Positions 1 through 8,262 of a stretch of 64,000 nt of DNA are shown in pieces. The notes below the pieces were generated by a model that was not told where the DNA came from, ran no database searches, and saw nothing but the letters and a program-made list of their open reading frames with translations. Origin of the DNA: a virus; IMG/VR virus record IMGVR_UViG_3300044911_003339, positions 32,001 through 96,000 of that record. One strand, given 5' to 3'. A program made the position numbers and the translations under genes. Numbering within the stretch: position 1 is the stretch's first letter; every line of letters starts with the position of its first letter.

Positions 1-2
1 GG

Positions 3-872
3 CGATGGACCGTCCCCGCGCTGAAGGGGAAGCGCGACGAGATCGGCTCGGTCGCGTTCGCTCGCGAGATTCTCTGCGAGCCGGTCACGGACGACCTCTC
101 GATCTTCCCGTCGCATCTCTTCCCGCCGCTGCGCGACGAGACCCTGCGACTCCGGCCGACGCTGGCCGAGCTTCGCGCACGCAGGATCACGACCTTCATG
201 GGCGTGGACATCGCGCGCTCTGCGAGCGTGGGCGCGGACTACTTCGTGATCTTCGTGCTCGGCCGTGACCCTGCCGGCCAGCGCTACATCGTAGACATCA
301 TCCGCAGCCGCGGCCTCACGTTCCGCAAGCAGTTGGAATCCATCGCGCTCGCCGCGCAGAAGTACGATCCTGCGCTGATCTACATCGAGAGCAACGCGAT
401 GCAGCAGGTCTACACGGACGAGATGCGGCGAGCGACGGACCTGCCCGTGCGCGAGTTCGTGACGCTGGCGCAGAACAAGTACCCGCTCGACCGTGGCGTG
501 CCTTCGCTGCGCATCATCCTGGAGAACGAGAAGCTCACGATTCCGTATGCGAACGACGTGTACACGCGCACGACGATCGACACGTGGGTCAGCGAGGCGA
601 CGCAGTTCGGATTCGTCGATGGCAAGCTCCAAGGCATCGGCGAGCACGACGACACCGTGATGGCGTGGTGGTTCGCCGAAGAGGCCGCACGCTCGGGTGG
701 CTTCTCGTTCGCGTTCGGCGACGAGGACGAGGCAGCCGACGAGGACGAGAACGAGACCGGAGAATCCTGGGAAGACGTGTTCCTCGGGGGCGAAGAGGAG
801 CGCGAGGATTCGGGCGAAGATCGCGCGAAGGGTCCCGACGACCCTGGCGGGCTCTCAGCGTTCAACGAGTGA
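3..872 (+). CDS. terL: Terminase large subunit, C-terminal nuclease part (5' truncated by window)
   Basis: Frame open from nt 3 (F-AREILCEP motif). RNase H-like motifs MGVDIA..G-ADY, IYIESNAMQ and GEHDDTVMAWWFA; acidic tail. Confidence 0.9.
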   Translation, partial: RWTVPALKGKRDEIGSVAFAREILCEPVTDDLSIFPSHLFPPLRDETLRLRPTLAELRARRITTFMGVDIARSASVGADYFVIFVLGRDPAGQRYIVDIIRSRGLTFRKQLESIALAAQKYDPALIYIESNAMQQVYTDEMRRATDLPVREFVTLAQNKYPLDRGVPSLRIILENEKLTIPYANDVYTRTTIDTWVSEATQFGFVDGKLQGIGEHDDTVMAWWFAEEAARSGGFSFAFGDEDEAADEDENETGESWEDVFLGGEEEREDSGEDRAKGPDDPGGLSAFNE

Positions 873-885
873 TCCGGCCGATTCG

Positions 886-914
886 TTGACCTCGCGCGTG
901 CTCTGGCGCACTCT
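886..914 (+). promoter_or_regulatory. Possible sigma70-like promoter (TTGACC-N17-CACTCT)
   Basis: Good -35 and 17-nt spacer but weak -10, in the intergenic gap before 969. Confidence 0.3.
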
Positions 915-968
915 CTCGGCTGACCCGCCGTGCGAGACACGGCCAAGCCCTCACACGGAGAAAGCACC

Positions 969-1382
969 ATGCCGCGCGAATCCTACGCCCAGTCCCAGTT
1001 GCCCGCTCGCGGGCGAGATGCCGTCCCCTACCCGGACTACAAGACGCTCGTCGATGGTCTGCTGCTTCGCACGAGTGAAGCGCGCTCGGGCGGCGTCACC
1101 GGCACGGGTGCGGCGATCGACGTGACGCTCGACTTCGACCCCGCGGTCGTCATCCTCATCAACCGCACGGCACCGTGCCTCGTCATCAAGCTGCCGGGCA
1201 TGGCGACCTCCTCGTCGCTGAAGGCCGTCACCGCGGGCACGCTCTCGTTCGCAGCCTCGACGTGCACGCTCGGCGCGGTCGGCGAGAACAAGTTCACCAT
1301 CGGCACCGACGCCGACATCAACACGGTCGCCGAGGAGATCGAGTGGGTCGCGTTCGGCTTCTCGCCGAAGGACGGCGACTGA
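969..1382 (+). CDS. Small beta-rich virion protein (possible capsid decoration)
   Basis: SD GGAG before ATG 969; Thr/Gly/Ala-rich beta-type sequence; followed by its own terminator. Confidence 0.6.
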   Translation: MPRESYAQSQLPARGRDAVPYPDYKTLVDGLLLRTSEARSGGVTGTGAAIDVTLDFDPAVVILINRTAPCLVIKLPGMATSSSLKAVTAGTLSFAASTCTLGAVGENKFTIGTDADINTVAEEIEWVAFGFSPKDGD

Positions 1383-1401
1383 TCGCTGATCAGCCTCTCG
1401 G

Positions 1402-1436
1402 GGAAGGGCTCTGGCGTGCTGCGCCAGAGCCCTTTC
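1402..1436 (+). terminator. Intrinsic terminator-like hairpin
   Basis: GGAAGGGCTCTGGCG-tgctg-CGCCAGAGCCCTTTC; 15-bp stem with short U-run. Confidence 0.7.
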
Positions 1437-1454
1437 GCGATTGTGGAGGGTGCG

Positions 1455-1463
1455 TGCTAGGCT
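1455..1463 (+). promoter_or_regulatory. Extended -10 (TGc-TAGGCT) 7 nt before ATG 1471; leaderless-type promoter
   Basis: TAGGCT at 1458-1463, ATG at 1471, no SD at normal spacing; same geometry at 32242. Confidence 0.5.
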
Positions 1464-1470
1464 CGTCCGC

Positions 1471-1890
1471 ATGAGCACCAGCGTCGATTCCGCCAACTCG
1501 ATTCTGAACCTGATCTACCGAGCGGCAGCGTGGGCCGACGTTGCGGAGAACGACGCCTCGTCTCCTGCGACCGTGCTCGACATCGCGCTGCACACCGCCG
1601 CTCCCGCGACGAGCGCGCAGACGAGCAACGAGGCCACGTTCACGAGCTACGCGCGCGTGTCGGTCGCGCGCTCGGGTGCGGGCTGGAGCTTGGCTTCTGG
1701 AGGCTCGCTTCAGAACGCCGCCTTGATCCAGTTCCCCGAGTGCACGGGCGGGTCGAACACCATCACGCACGTCAGCGTCGGCATCTCCGGCACCATCATC
1801 CACTACGGCGCGCTCTCTTCGTCGCGCGCCGTCTCTGCCGGCATCCAGCCGCAGTTCGCGGCCGGCGCGCTGGTCTCGACGATGACCTGA
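1471..1890 (+). CDS. Virion structural protein (small fibre/appendage-associated family)
   Basis: Motifs IALHTAAP..NEA..SYARVSV..W, N..LIQFPEC.GG..TITHV, G.L...R.V..G....F..G.L, common in phage virion proteins. Confidence 0.7.
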   Translation: MSTSVDSANSILNLIYRAAAWADVAENDASSPATVLDIALHTAAPATSAQTSNEATFTSYARVSVARSGAGWSLASGGSLQNAALIQFPECTGGSNTITHVSVGISGTIIHYGALSSSRAVSAGIQPQFAAGALVSTMT

Positions 1891-1900
1891 GAGGGGAATC

Positions 1901-2077
1901 ATGAACCACGACACCAAGAACACCGGCTACGCGTGCTCGGTCTGCAAGGCGTCTGCTCTCGTGGTGAACGGGAAGCTGATTCGCTCGTGTGAGCACTCGG
2001 CTCCAGTCCTCGCCGACATGACCGCGACCGTCTCGCAGCACGGTGGGGTCTCCCTCCCGCAGCCGCAGCGGGTGTGA
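1901..2077 (+). CDS. 58-aa Cys/His small protein (CxxC..CxH), below ORF-track cutoff
   Basis: SD GAGGGG, ATG 1901, MNHDTKNTGYACSVCKASALVVNGKLIRSCEHSAPV..., TGA 2075-2077; fills the gap exactly. Confidence 0.7.
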   Translation: MNHDTKNTGYACSVCKASALVVNGKLIRSCEHSAPVLADMTATVSQHGGVSLPQPQRV

Positions 2078-2078
2078 C

Positions 2079-2927
2079 GTGGGCTTCAGCAACTTCGGGT
2101 CGCTGAAGGAGGCTGCGGACTCGGGTCAGGTCCACACAGCGCATCTCCGCAAGGTGCCGTCACAGGCATCCGTTGCGGGCGGCTGGGTCGATCTCTCGAT
2201 GGCGGCTGGGAATCCTCTGCCCAACTACTACGCGAGCAGCCCCTTGGAGGCCGCGGTGCTGAACGGCTTCCGCGGCATCTTCCACGGCGACGCGAAGGCA
2301 CCGGCCACCAAGCACATCCTCGACATCGCGCTCTGCACTCCGACTGCGGCTCTCGTCGGCAACTACCAGCTTCTCGATTACCTGCTCTACTACCCCTTCG
2401 TCGATCTCGACGACCCGGCCGCGCAGGCGATGACGAATCTCGTCACCCTGCCTCGGTACGCAGACGGCGAGGGCGTGCGCGCGATGCTCGTCGCTCTCGC
2501 GCCTACGATCGGTGGAGGCAGCTTCACCTACAGCTACGTGAACTCGCAGGGGCAGGCGAAGTCCTCTCCCGTGATCTCGTGCAACACGTCGGCCGACAGC
2601 ATCGCCACGCTCGTCACGTCGCAGCAGGGCACCGTAGCGGGCGGGACGGTCTTCCTGCCGCTGGCGACCGGCGACACGGGCATCCGTCAGATCACCGGAG
2701 TGCAGATGCTCGTGCCCAACGGCGGGCTCGGTGCGCTCGTGCTCGTGAAGCCGCTCGCAGGCGCGACGGTGCGCGAGATCAACGTGCCCGACGAACGGAA
2801 CTACATGAACGAGATTCCGTGCGCTCCGCAGATCGAGGACGGCGCGTACCTGAATCTCATCGTCAACTGCGCAGGGTCCGTCGCCGCAGGCACGGTGGCG
2901 GGTCGCGCGACCTTCGTCTGGCGGTAG
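2079..2927 (+). CDS. Putative virion protein, paralog of 2937-4097
   Basis: GTG start directly after the previous stop; shares FLP.xGDTGIR.I and VKPLA..ER..P.I.DGA.L motifs with the next gene. Confidence 0.7.
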   Translation: MGFSNFGSLKEAADSGQVHTAHLRKVPSQASVAGGWVDLSMAAGNPLPNYYASSPLEAAVLNGFRGIFHGDAKAPATKHILDIALCTPTAALVGNYQLLDYLLYYPFVDLDDPAAQAMTNLVTLPRYADGEGVRAMLVALAPTIGGGSFTYSYVNSQGQAKSSPVISCNTSADSIATLVTSQQGTVAGGTVFLPLATGDTGIRQITGVQMLVPNGGLGALVLVKPLAGATVREINVPDERNYMNEIPCAPQIEDGAYLNLIVNCAGSVAAGTVAGRATFVWR

Positions 2928-2936
2928 AGGTCACAC

Positions 2937-4097
2937 ATGGGATTCACGTCGCAGGATGCGCTCATCAACGCGATTACGACGCTCGGGCAGTACGTGCGTC
3001 GTGAGGGCCAGAAGATCACCTCGCCAGCGCACACCGCGGGCGGCTGGCACATGCTCTTCGGCGGCGCGGGCTACCCGAACGCGACCACCTACCCAGCAGC
3101 CGCGGACCTCGTGTTCCAGGCGTGCACCGAGACCGGAGGCGACGCGGCCGGCGCGACGATTCTGGGGATGCAGCACGGAGGAGTTGTCGAGAGCGGCAGC
3201 GTCACGAAGCACCTTCTCAGCATGGCGGCCCTCGTCGTCGCGGCGGCCGGCGCGCCGTGGCAACTGAAGCTCGTGGACCTTCAGGGCTACTACCGCATCG
3301 CGACGACGAACCTCACAGGCACTGGCTCGCGCACGCTGATCAACACGAACACGTTCACCGCCGACGCGGGCACCGACCTCATCACGTACACGAACGACTG
3401 GTCGAACTTCACGAAGGTGAGGTTTACGACCACGACGACGCTTCCCGCAGGTCTCTCGCTCAACACGGATTACTGGCTCATCCGGCAGAGCACGACGACT
3501 GCGCGTGTCGCTTCGTCGCTCGCAGACGCCATCGCGGGCACGTACATCGACATCACCGACGCAGGCACGGGCACGCACACGCTCACCATCCAGATGCGCG
3601 AGCCGGACGGCGTGGGCTGCGAAGCTGCGTTCGTGATCCAGACGGCTCCTGCGACGGGAGGCCCGAACCTCACGGCGTCGAGCTACACGAACGCGGCCGG
3701 CGCGACCGGGCGTGCGTTCCAGGGCTCGCCGACCTTCGGCGCGGCAGCCGACGCCTACGCGACCCGCATCCCGCACTCGGGCAACGCTGCGGGCCGCTAC
3801 GGACCGTTCCTGCCGAAGCAGGGCGGCGACACGGGCATCCGATCGATCCAGAGCTTCACGCTGAGCGGCGGCACCGCCTACACCGGCACGGGTGTCGCTG
3901 CGCTCACGATCGTCAAGCCGCTCGCCGATATCATGGTGCCCGTCAGCGGTGCGTACTCCGAGCGCGATCTCGTGAATCAGGTGATGTCCCTACCGAGGAT
4001 TCGCGATGGCGCATGCCTTGGCTGGATGATGTTCTCGACGGGCGCGACGACGAGCAACTCGCCTGTGAACACGGTAATCGACGCCGCGTGGGGGTGA
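2937..4097 (+). CDS. Putative virion protein with inserted beta module
   Basis: SD GAGG; paralog of the preceding gene plus insert (LPAGLSLNTDYWLIR..RVASSLADAIAGTYIDITDAGTGTHTL). Confidence 0.7.
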   Translation: MGFTSQDALINAITTLGQYVRREGQKITSPAHTAGGWHMLFGGAGYPNATTYPAAADLVFQACTETGGDAAGATILGMQHGGVVESGSVTKHLLSMAALVVAAAGAPWQLKLVDLQGYYRIATTNLTGTGSRTLINTNTFTADAGTDLITYTNDWSNFTKVRFTTTTTLPAGLSLNTDYWLIRQSTTTARVASSLADAIAGTYIDITDAGTGTHTLTIQMREPDGVGCEAAFVIQTAPATGGPNLTASSYTNAAGATGRAFQGSPTFGAAADAYATRIPHSGNAAGRYGPFLPKQGGDTGIRSIQSFTLSGGTAYTGTGVAALTIVKPLADIMVPVSGAYSERDLVNQVMSLPRIRDGACLGWMMFSTGATTSNSPVNTVIDAAWG

Positions 4098-4100
4098 ACC

Positions 4101-5255
4101 GTGGCGCTCATCCGCAACGGCGTGTCGCTCAACTCGAATCCGATGCGCGTCGGGGGAGGACCGAACGTCAACTCGATCAACCGACCCATCGGGCCGGGCG
4201 CGCAGCGTGGCTTCTACGCAGGCGAGGGCACGGTCGTCAGCGGAGCATCGATCGCCGACACGGCGGCGTTCCCCAACGGCTACGAGGGCGGGACAGCGTG
4301 GCTTCTCGCGCCCCGAGGCGGCGGTCTCTCCGCCTACACGACGTTCACGCACCCGAACGTCGTCACCGCGGCGCTCGCCTCGGGCATCAACATCGGGGCG
4401 ACGCTCACGTCAGACGGCACGATCACGACCGCTGCGATTCAGGCGCTCGCGAATCTCGTCTCTACGCTCACGGCGAACGGCGCGGTCACGACCGCGGCGA
4501 TCACGACTCTCTCGAATCTCGTCGCGTCGCTGACGGCGACGACCACAGTCACCGCTGCGATTCAGGCGCTCGCGAACCTCGCAGCAACACTCACGGCTGA
4601 CGGCTCGATCTCGAACGCAGAGCTTTCACTCGTCGTCGGGCTCGCGTGCTCGATGGTCTCCGACGGTTCGATCTCGACGGCGAACCTGAAGCTCGTCGTC
4701 GGAATCGTATGCGCCATGCTCTCCGACTGCGGCGTGAGCGGCACCCTCACCGCTCCGGCCAACCTCGCGGCGACGCTGCTCGCATCCAACAACGTGACGG
4801 GTGCGCTCTCTGCTCTGAGTAATCTGATCTGCGAGATGACCGCGAACGGATCGCTCGTCGCGTCGCTGCGAGGCACTCTGAGCATGAGCGCTGTGCTCAC
4901 GACTGCCGGAAGCTCGACGGACGCTCCCACGCCAGCGGAGATTGCTGTTGCCGTCTGGCAGTACGTCCTGAGCGGTGTGACGGCAGGCGACCGCTTGTCG
5001 GAGGTCACCGCGGCCCGGATGTCGCTGCTCTCGACCGAACTCGACCCCTCGCTGTCCGGCAGCACGGCGGCGCAGATGGTGCTCGCGCGGAAGATCCTGC
5101 ACAATCGCCTGGAAGTGGACATCGGCTCGCAACGGCTGGTGCTCTACGACGACGACAACACGACCGTGCTGAAGCGCTGGCCGCTCCAGACCACCGGAGG
5201 CGAGCCGGTCACCACCTCGCCTGGTGTGCAGACGAAGAGAAGGGCTCCGACGTGA
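4101..5255 (+). CDS. Ala/Thr-rich repeat virion protein (fibre/appendage-like)
   Basis: About eight 20-21 aa repeats; C-terminal NRLEVD..LVLYDDD.TTVL..W.L motif typical of phage virion proteins. Confidence 0.65.
   Translation: MALIRNGVSLNSNPMRVGGGPNVNSINRPIGPGAQRGFYAGEGTVVSGASIADTAAFPNGYEGGTAWLLAPRGGGLSAYTTFTHPNVVTAALASGINIGATLTSDGTITTAAIQALANLVSTLTANGAVTTAAITTLSNLVASLTATTTVTAAIQALANLAATLTADGSISNAELSLVVGLACSMVSDGSISTANLKLVVGIVCAMLSDCGVSGTLTAPANLAATLLASNNVTGALSALSNLICEMTANGSLVASLRGTLSMSAVLTTAGSSTDAPTPAEIAVAVWQYVLSGVTAGDRLSEVTAARMSLLSTELDPSLSGSTAAQMVLARKILHNRLEVDIGSQRLVLYDDDNTTVLKRWPLQTTGGEPVTTSPGVQTKRRAPT
4398..4915 (+). repeat. Degenerate ~60-63 nt coding tandem repeat
   Basis: Protein repeats such as ATLTSDGTITTAAIQALANLV; exact 26-nt repeat accgctgcgattcaggcgctcgcgaa at 4428 and 4551. 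Confidence 0.7.
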
Positions 5256-7552
5256 AGATTCGCAAGTCGATCACACAGGGGCTCAACGAGGTCGGCGGGC
5301 AGGTCTCTCAGGGCCTCAACGTCGGTGGCGCGGTCCCCGCCTCAGAACCGGCAAGCACGGGCTTCGTGCTGATCCAGGAACCGGCGCGGCACCCGAGTCG
5401 CCGGTTCCCGCACATGCAGACCGAGAGGCTTCGTCGCCTCGCGGAAGCAGGACTCGGCGAGACGCAGCGCTTCGTGCGCAGAATCTCGCAGACGGAGGAA
5501 GAGGGCACGCGCCCCGCTCCTCACGTCCTCTCGCCCGAGGACGTGACGCGACAACTGGGAGTGCCGCTCGACCTCGAACAGAAGATTCACGCCATCGTGC
5601 GTGAATCGATTCCTCCGAGCGACGGATCGAAGATCGTGGACGTGAAGCGCTTCGGCAGCGCTCGAACGCGACTCCTCGACTTCATGCGGAGACAGAAGGT
5701 CACCCTCGACTCGGACCTTCGCGCAGAGATCATGCGTCGCGCCCTTCACTACTGGCGAGCAAACTTCCGCGTCGATTACGGACGCACCCCGGAGATGCGC
5801 ATGGGCAAGGCACTGGTGATCCCCAAGCAGCGCTTCGTGCTCATGAAGGGCCCGAAGGTAGAAGCCCCTGGCGCGAGCCCGACGGGTCGAGTCTCGATGC
5901 ACCCGATGCACGTGGACGCGTCGTCGGGGAAGGTCGGCCACAAGTACATCGCGCGCAAGCCCGATGGGCATGGCGGCTGGCTCTACAAGTACCCCGGCGA
6001 CACCGAGTTCCGCCCCGGCGCGGGAATCGAAGAGGGGCACACGCAGGCCCCCGAGGGCGCGCACCTCGGCGTGCACGAGAGCGGATTCCGCCCGACGCAC
6101 GAGCGCCACGCGGACGGTGGGCACACGTTCCACTTCGGAGAGGACGTGTCCGCCCACATCCCGGCCAACGCGGACCGCGAGCACCACCGGAAGGAGCACG
6201 CGAAGCACGGGGCCGCCTACAAGAAGGCGATGGCCGAGGGCAACGAGGAGAAGGCCAAGGGGCACCTGCGCGCCTACCAGATGCACGCCGAGGCCCACAA
6301 CCGCGCCCTCTCGGCCGAGCGCAAGGCCGCGAAGACGGGCATGGCTCCGCCAGGGCACGGGCTGCCTCCTGACGTGGGCAGTCAGGTCGAGGGCAAGCCC
6401 CAGAAGCAGCCCCCCGGAGCAGGCGGTCCTGCTACGATGCCCGGTGCCCCTGGCGGCTCTCCAGGCCAGCGACCTCCTACGCAGGGCGGGATGGCCGCTG
6501 GGGGCGCTCCGATGACTCCTGGGGGCGCAGGGGAGCCCCCGCAGGGCTTCGCAGCCCGCACGCCTCCCGGAGCCGACGTGGGGCAGTACCGCCAGCATCT
6601 CCAGGCCGCGAGCGACGCGATGTCGAACCTCGCGGCGACGCATGCGCACGTCGCGGACCTCGACGCCCGCATCAAGACCGTGAAGGCGGATCGCTCGCTG
6701 CACCCGCGCATGAAGAAGCAACTCGCGGCGCAGCTACAGGCGGAGAAGGCGCAGGCGGAGCTTGACCGATTCCAGCACGAGGACGCGCACGACGCGGCCA
6801 TGGAGCAACTGAAGTCGATTCACTCCGCGCTCCGAAAGGAGAAGCTGAAGCACCACCCGATCGTGAAGATGATCGACGGGCTGCTGAAGCTCATGCAGAG
6901 CTTCGCGTCGAAGATGGGCCACGGGCCGAACCCGAAGGGCGAAGAGGGCGCGAGCCCCAACGAGCGCCAGCGGGTCGTGGACTTCTACAGCGCCCGTTCC
7001 GACGCAGCCGGCGAGGCGAAGGCCGGCGCAGGCGGCGAGGAGTTCAAGCCACGCGAGCGTACGCTCTCGCTGCGCGCTCCCACCGACACGGGCGGAGCCA
7101 AGCCCGTCGGAGAGAATCCCGCTGCGAGCCCCGCGACCCTCGCACAGAAGCGCGAGGCTCCGAAGACGGCGGCGAGCGACAGCACGTGGGACGCGGACCT
7201 CGCGAGCGCGAAGGCGAAGCGTGACGAGACCGAGCGTGCTGCGAGTCAGGCTGGCGACACGTGGCGGAATCGCCAGATCGCGCAGGGCAAGGACACGCAG
7301 GGCATGCTGCGTGAGCAGCTTCGCGCTCCCACGGAGACCTCGGAGGCCAAGACGGCAGCGCCGAAGCGCCCGACTGCGGCGGGCACGGTCGCGCCGCGGA
7401 AGCGGGCCGCGAAGTCGGCGACCGAGGCGGACCTCATCGATCTCCGCAAGGCGCTCGCGCTCGCGCACGAGGGCCTGCGTGAGACCGCGCTGACCGACAA
7501 GCGAATCGTCTTCACGCCCCCGACCGAGCGCCGCGTGCGCCTGGAGTGGTGA
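5252..7552 (+). CDS. Large low-complexity putative internal head protein with HKY tag
   Basis: Overlapping GTGA start; GHKYIARKPDGHGGWLYKYP motif, His-rich helix, Pro/Gly linker, coiled coil, K|[AGS] sites. Confidence 0.7.
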   Translation: MKIRKSITQGLNEVGGQVSQGLNVGGAVPASEPASTGFVLIQEPARHPSRRFPHMQTERLRRLAEAGLGETQRFVRRISQTEEEGTRPAPHVLSPEDVTRQLGVPLDLEQKIHAIVRESIPPSDGSKIVDVKRFGSARTRLLDFMRRQKVTLDSDLRAEIMRRALHYWRANFRVDYGRTPEMRMGKALVIPKQRFVLMKGPKVEAPGASPTGRVSMHPMHVDASSGKVGHKYIARKPDGHGGWLYKYPGDTEFRPGAGIEEGHTQAPEGAHLGVHESGFRPTHERHADGGHTFHFGEDVSAHIPANADREHHRKEHAKHGAAYKKAMAEGNEEKAKGHLRAYQMHAEAHNRALSAERKAAKTGMAPPGHGLPPDVGSQVEGKPQKQPPGAGGPATMPGAPGGSPGQRPPTQGGMAAGGAPMTPGGAGEPPQGFAARTPPGADVGQYRQHLQAASDAMSNLAATHAHVADLDARIKTVKADRSLHPRMKKQLAAQLQAEKAQAELDRFQHEDAHDAAMEQLKSIHSALRKEKLKHHPIVKMIDGLLKLMQSFASKMGHGPNPKGEEGASPNERQRVVDFYSARSDAAGEAKAGAGGEEFKPRERTLSLRAPTDTGGAKPVGENPAASPATLAQKREAPKTAASDSTWDADLASAKAKRDETERAASQAGDTWRNRQIAQGKDTQGMLREQLRAPTETSEAKTAAPKRPTAAGTVAPRKRAAKSATEADLIDLRKALALAHEGLRETALTDKRIVFTPPTERRVRLEW

Positions 7553-8262
7553 TGTCCAGCAAGGCCGAAGCCGTCGTCGTCGCGAAGGCGCTCGCGCTCA
7601 TGGGCAAGCGAGGTCGCCGAGGTCCCGTCGAGGACGAGGTGGCTCCGCGTCGCGCGAGCACGAAGCTCCATCGAGGCCGGAAGATGCCGGCCGAGCCTGC
7701 GTCTCGCTGGCCTCACAGCGCGAAGCGGCCGAAGGCCGTCGTCCAGCCCGACCTCACAGAGCCCGGTGTGCAAGGTCGCCCGCCGAAGTCGAGCGAGACG
7801 CCCGTCTACGGCAAGGGCTCGACCATCGGACCCGGACCAGGCGGCGGAGGGATTCTCGGCAAGCGGAAGGGGAAGCGCCCCTACGCACGCTCGCCGAAGT
7901 ACACGACGCTCGACATGATGGCGGCCGATCTCCACGGCAAGGTCGTCGGCCCGATGGGGTCGAAGGAGAACTCAGGCACCAGCTACGGGCCCGGCCCTGG
8001 ATGGAACTCGAACCCGATGCCGGACTTCGGCGACATGTTCCCCGGCCGAGACCCGAAGGGGTCGGAACGCGAGGAGACGAAGGCGCAAGCGAATCGCATG
8101 GTCTCGAATCGCAAGCGCAACGAGGGTACGATGGGGTTTCACGGAACCCCTCCCAAGCCGACGCTTCGGGCTGAAGCGAAGGAGCAGTTCTTCATCACCG
8201 CGACGCGCGAGAGCGAGAACAAGCCTCGCCTCTACGCGCGCGTCGGCTACAAGAGGTCGTGA
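7552..8262 (+). CDS. Basic, probably disordered hypothetical protein
   Basis: TGATG coupling at both ends; VVAK|A site near N terminus; Lys/Arg/Pro-rich. Confidence 0.65.
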   Translation: MSSKAEAVVVAKALALMGKRGRRGPVEDEVAPRRASTKLHRGRKMPAEPASRWPHSAKRPKAVVQPDLTEPGVQGRPPKSSETPVYGKGSTIGPGPGGGGILGKRKGKRPYARSPKYTTLDMMAADLHGKVVGPMGSKENSGTSYGPGPGWNSNPMPDFGDMFPGRDPKGSEREETKAQANRMVSNRKRNEGTMGFHGTPPKPTLRAEAKEQFFITATRESENKPRLYARVGYKRS

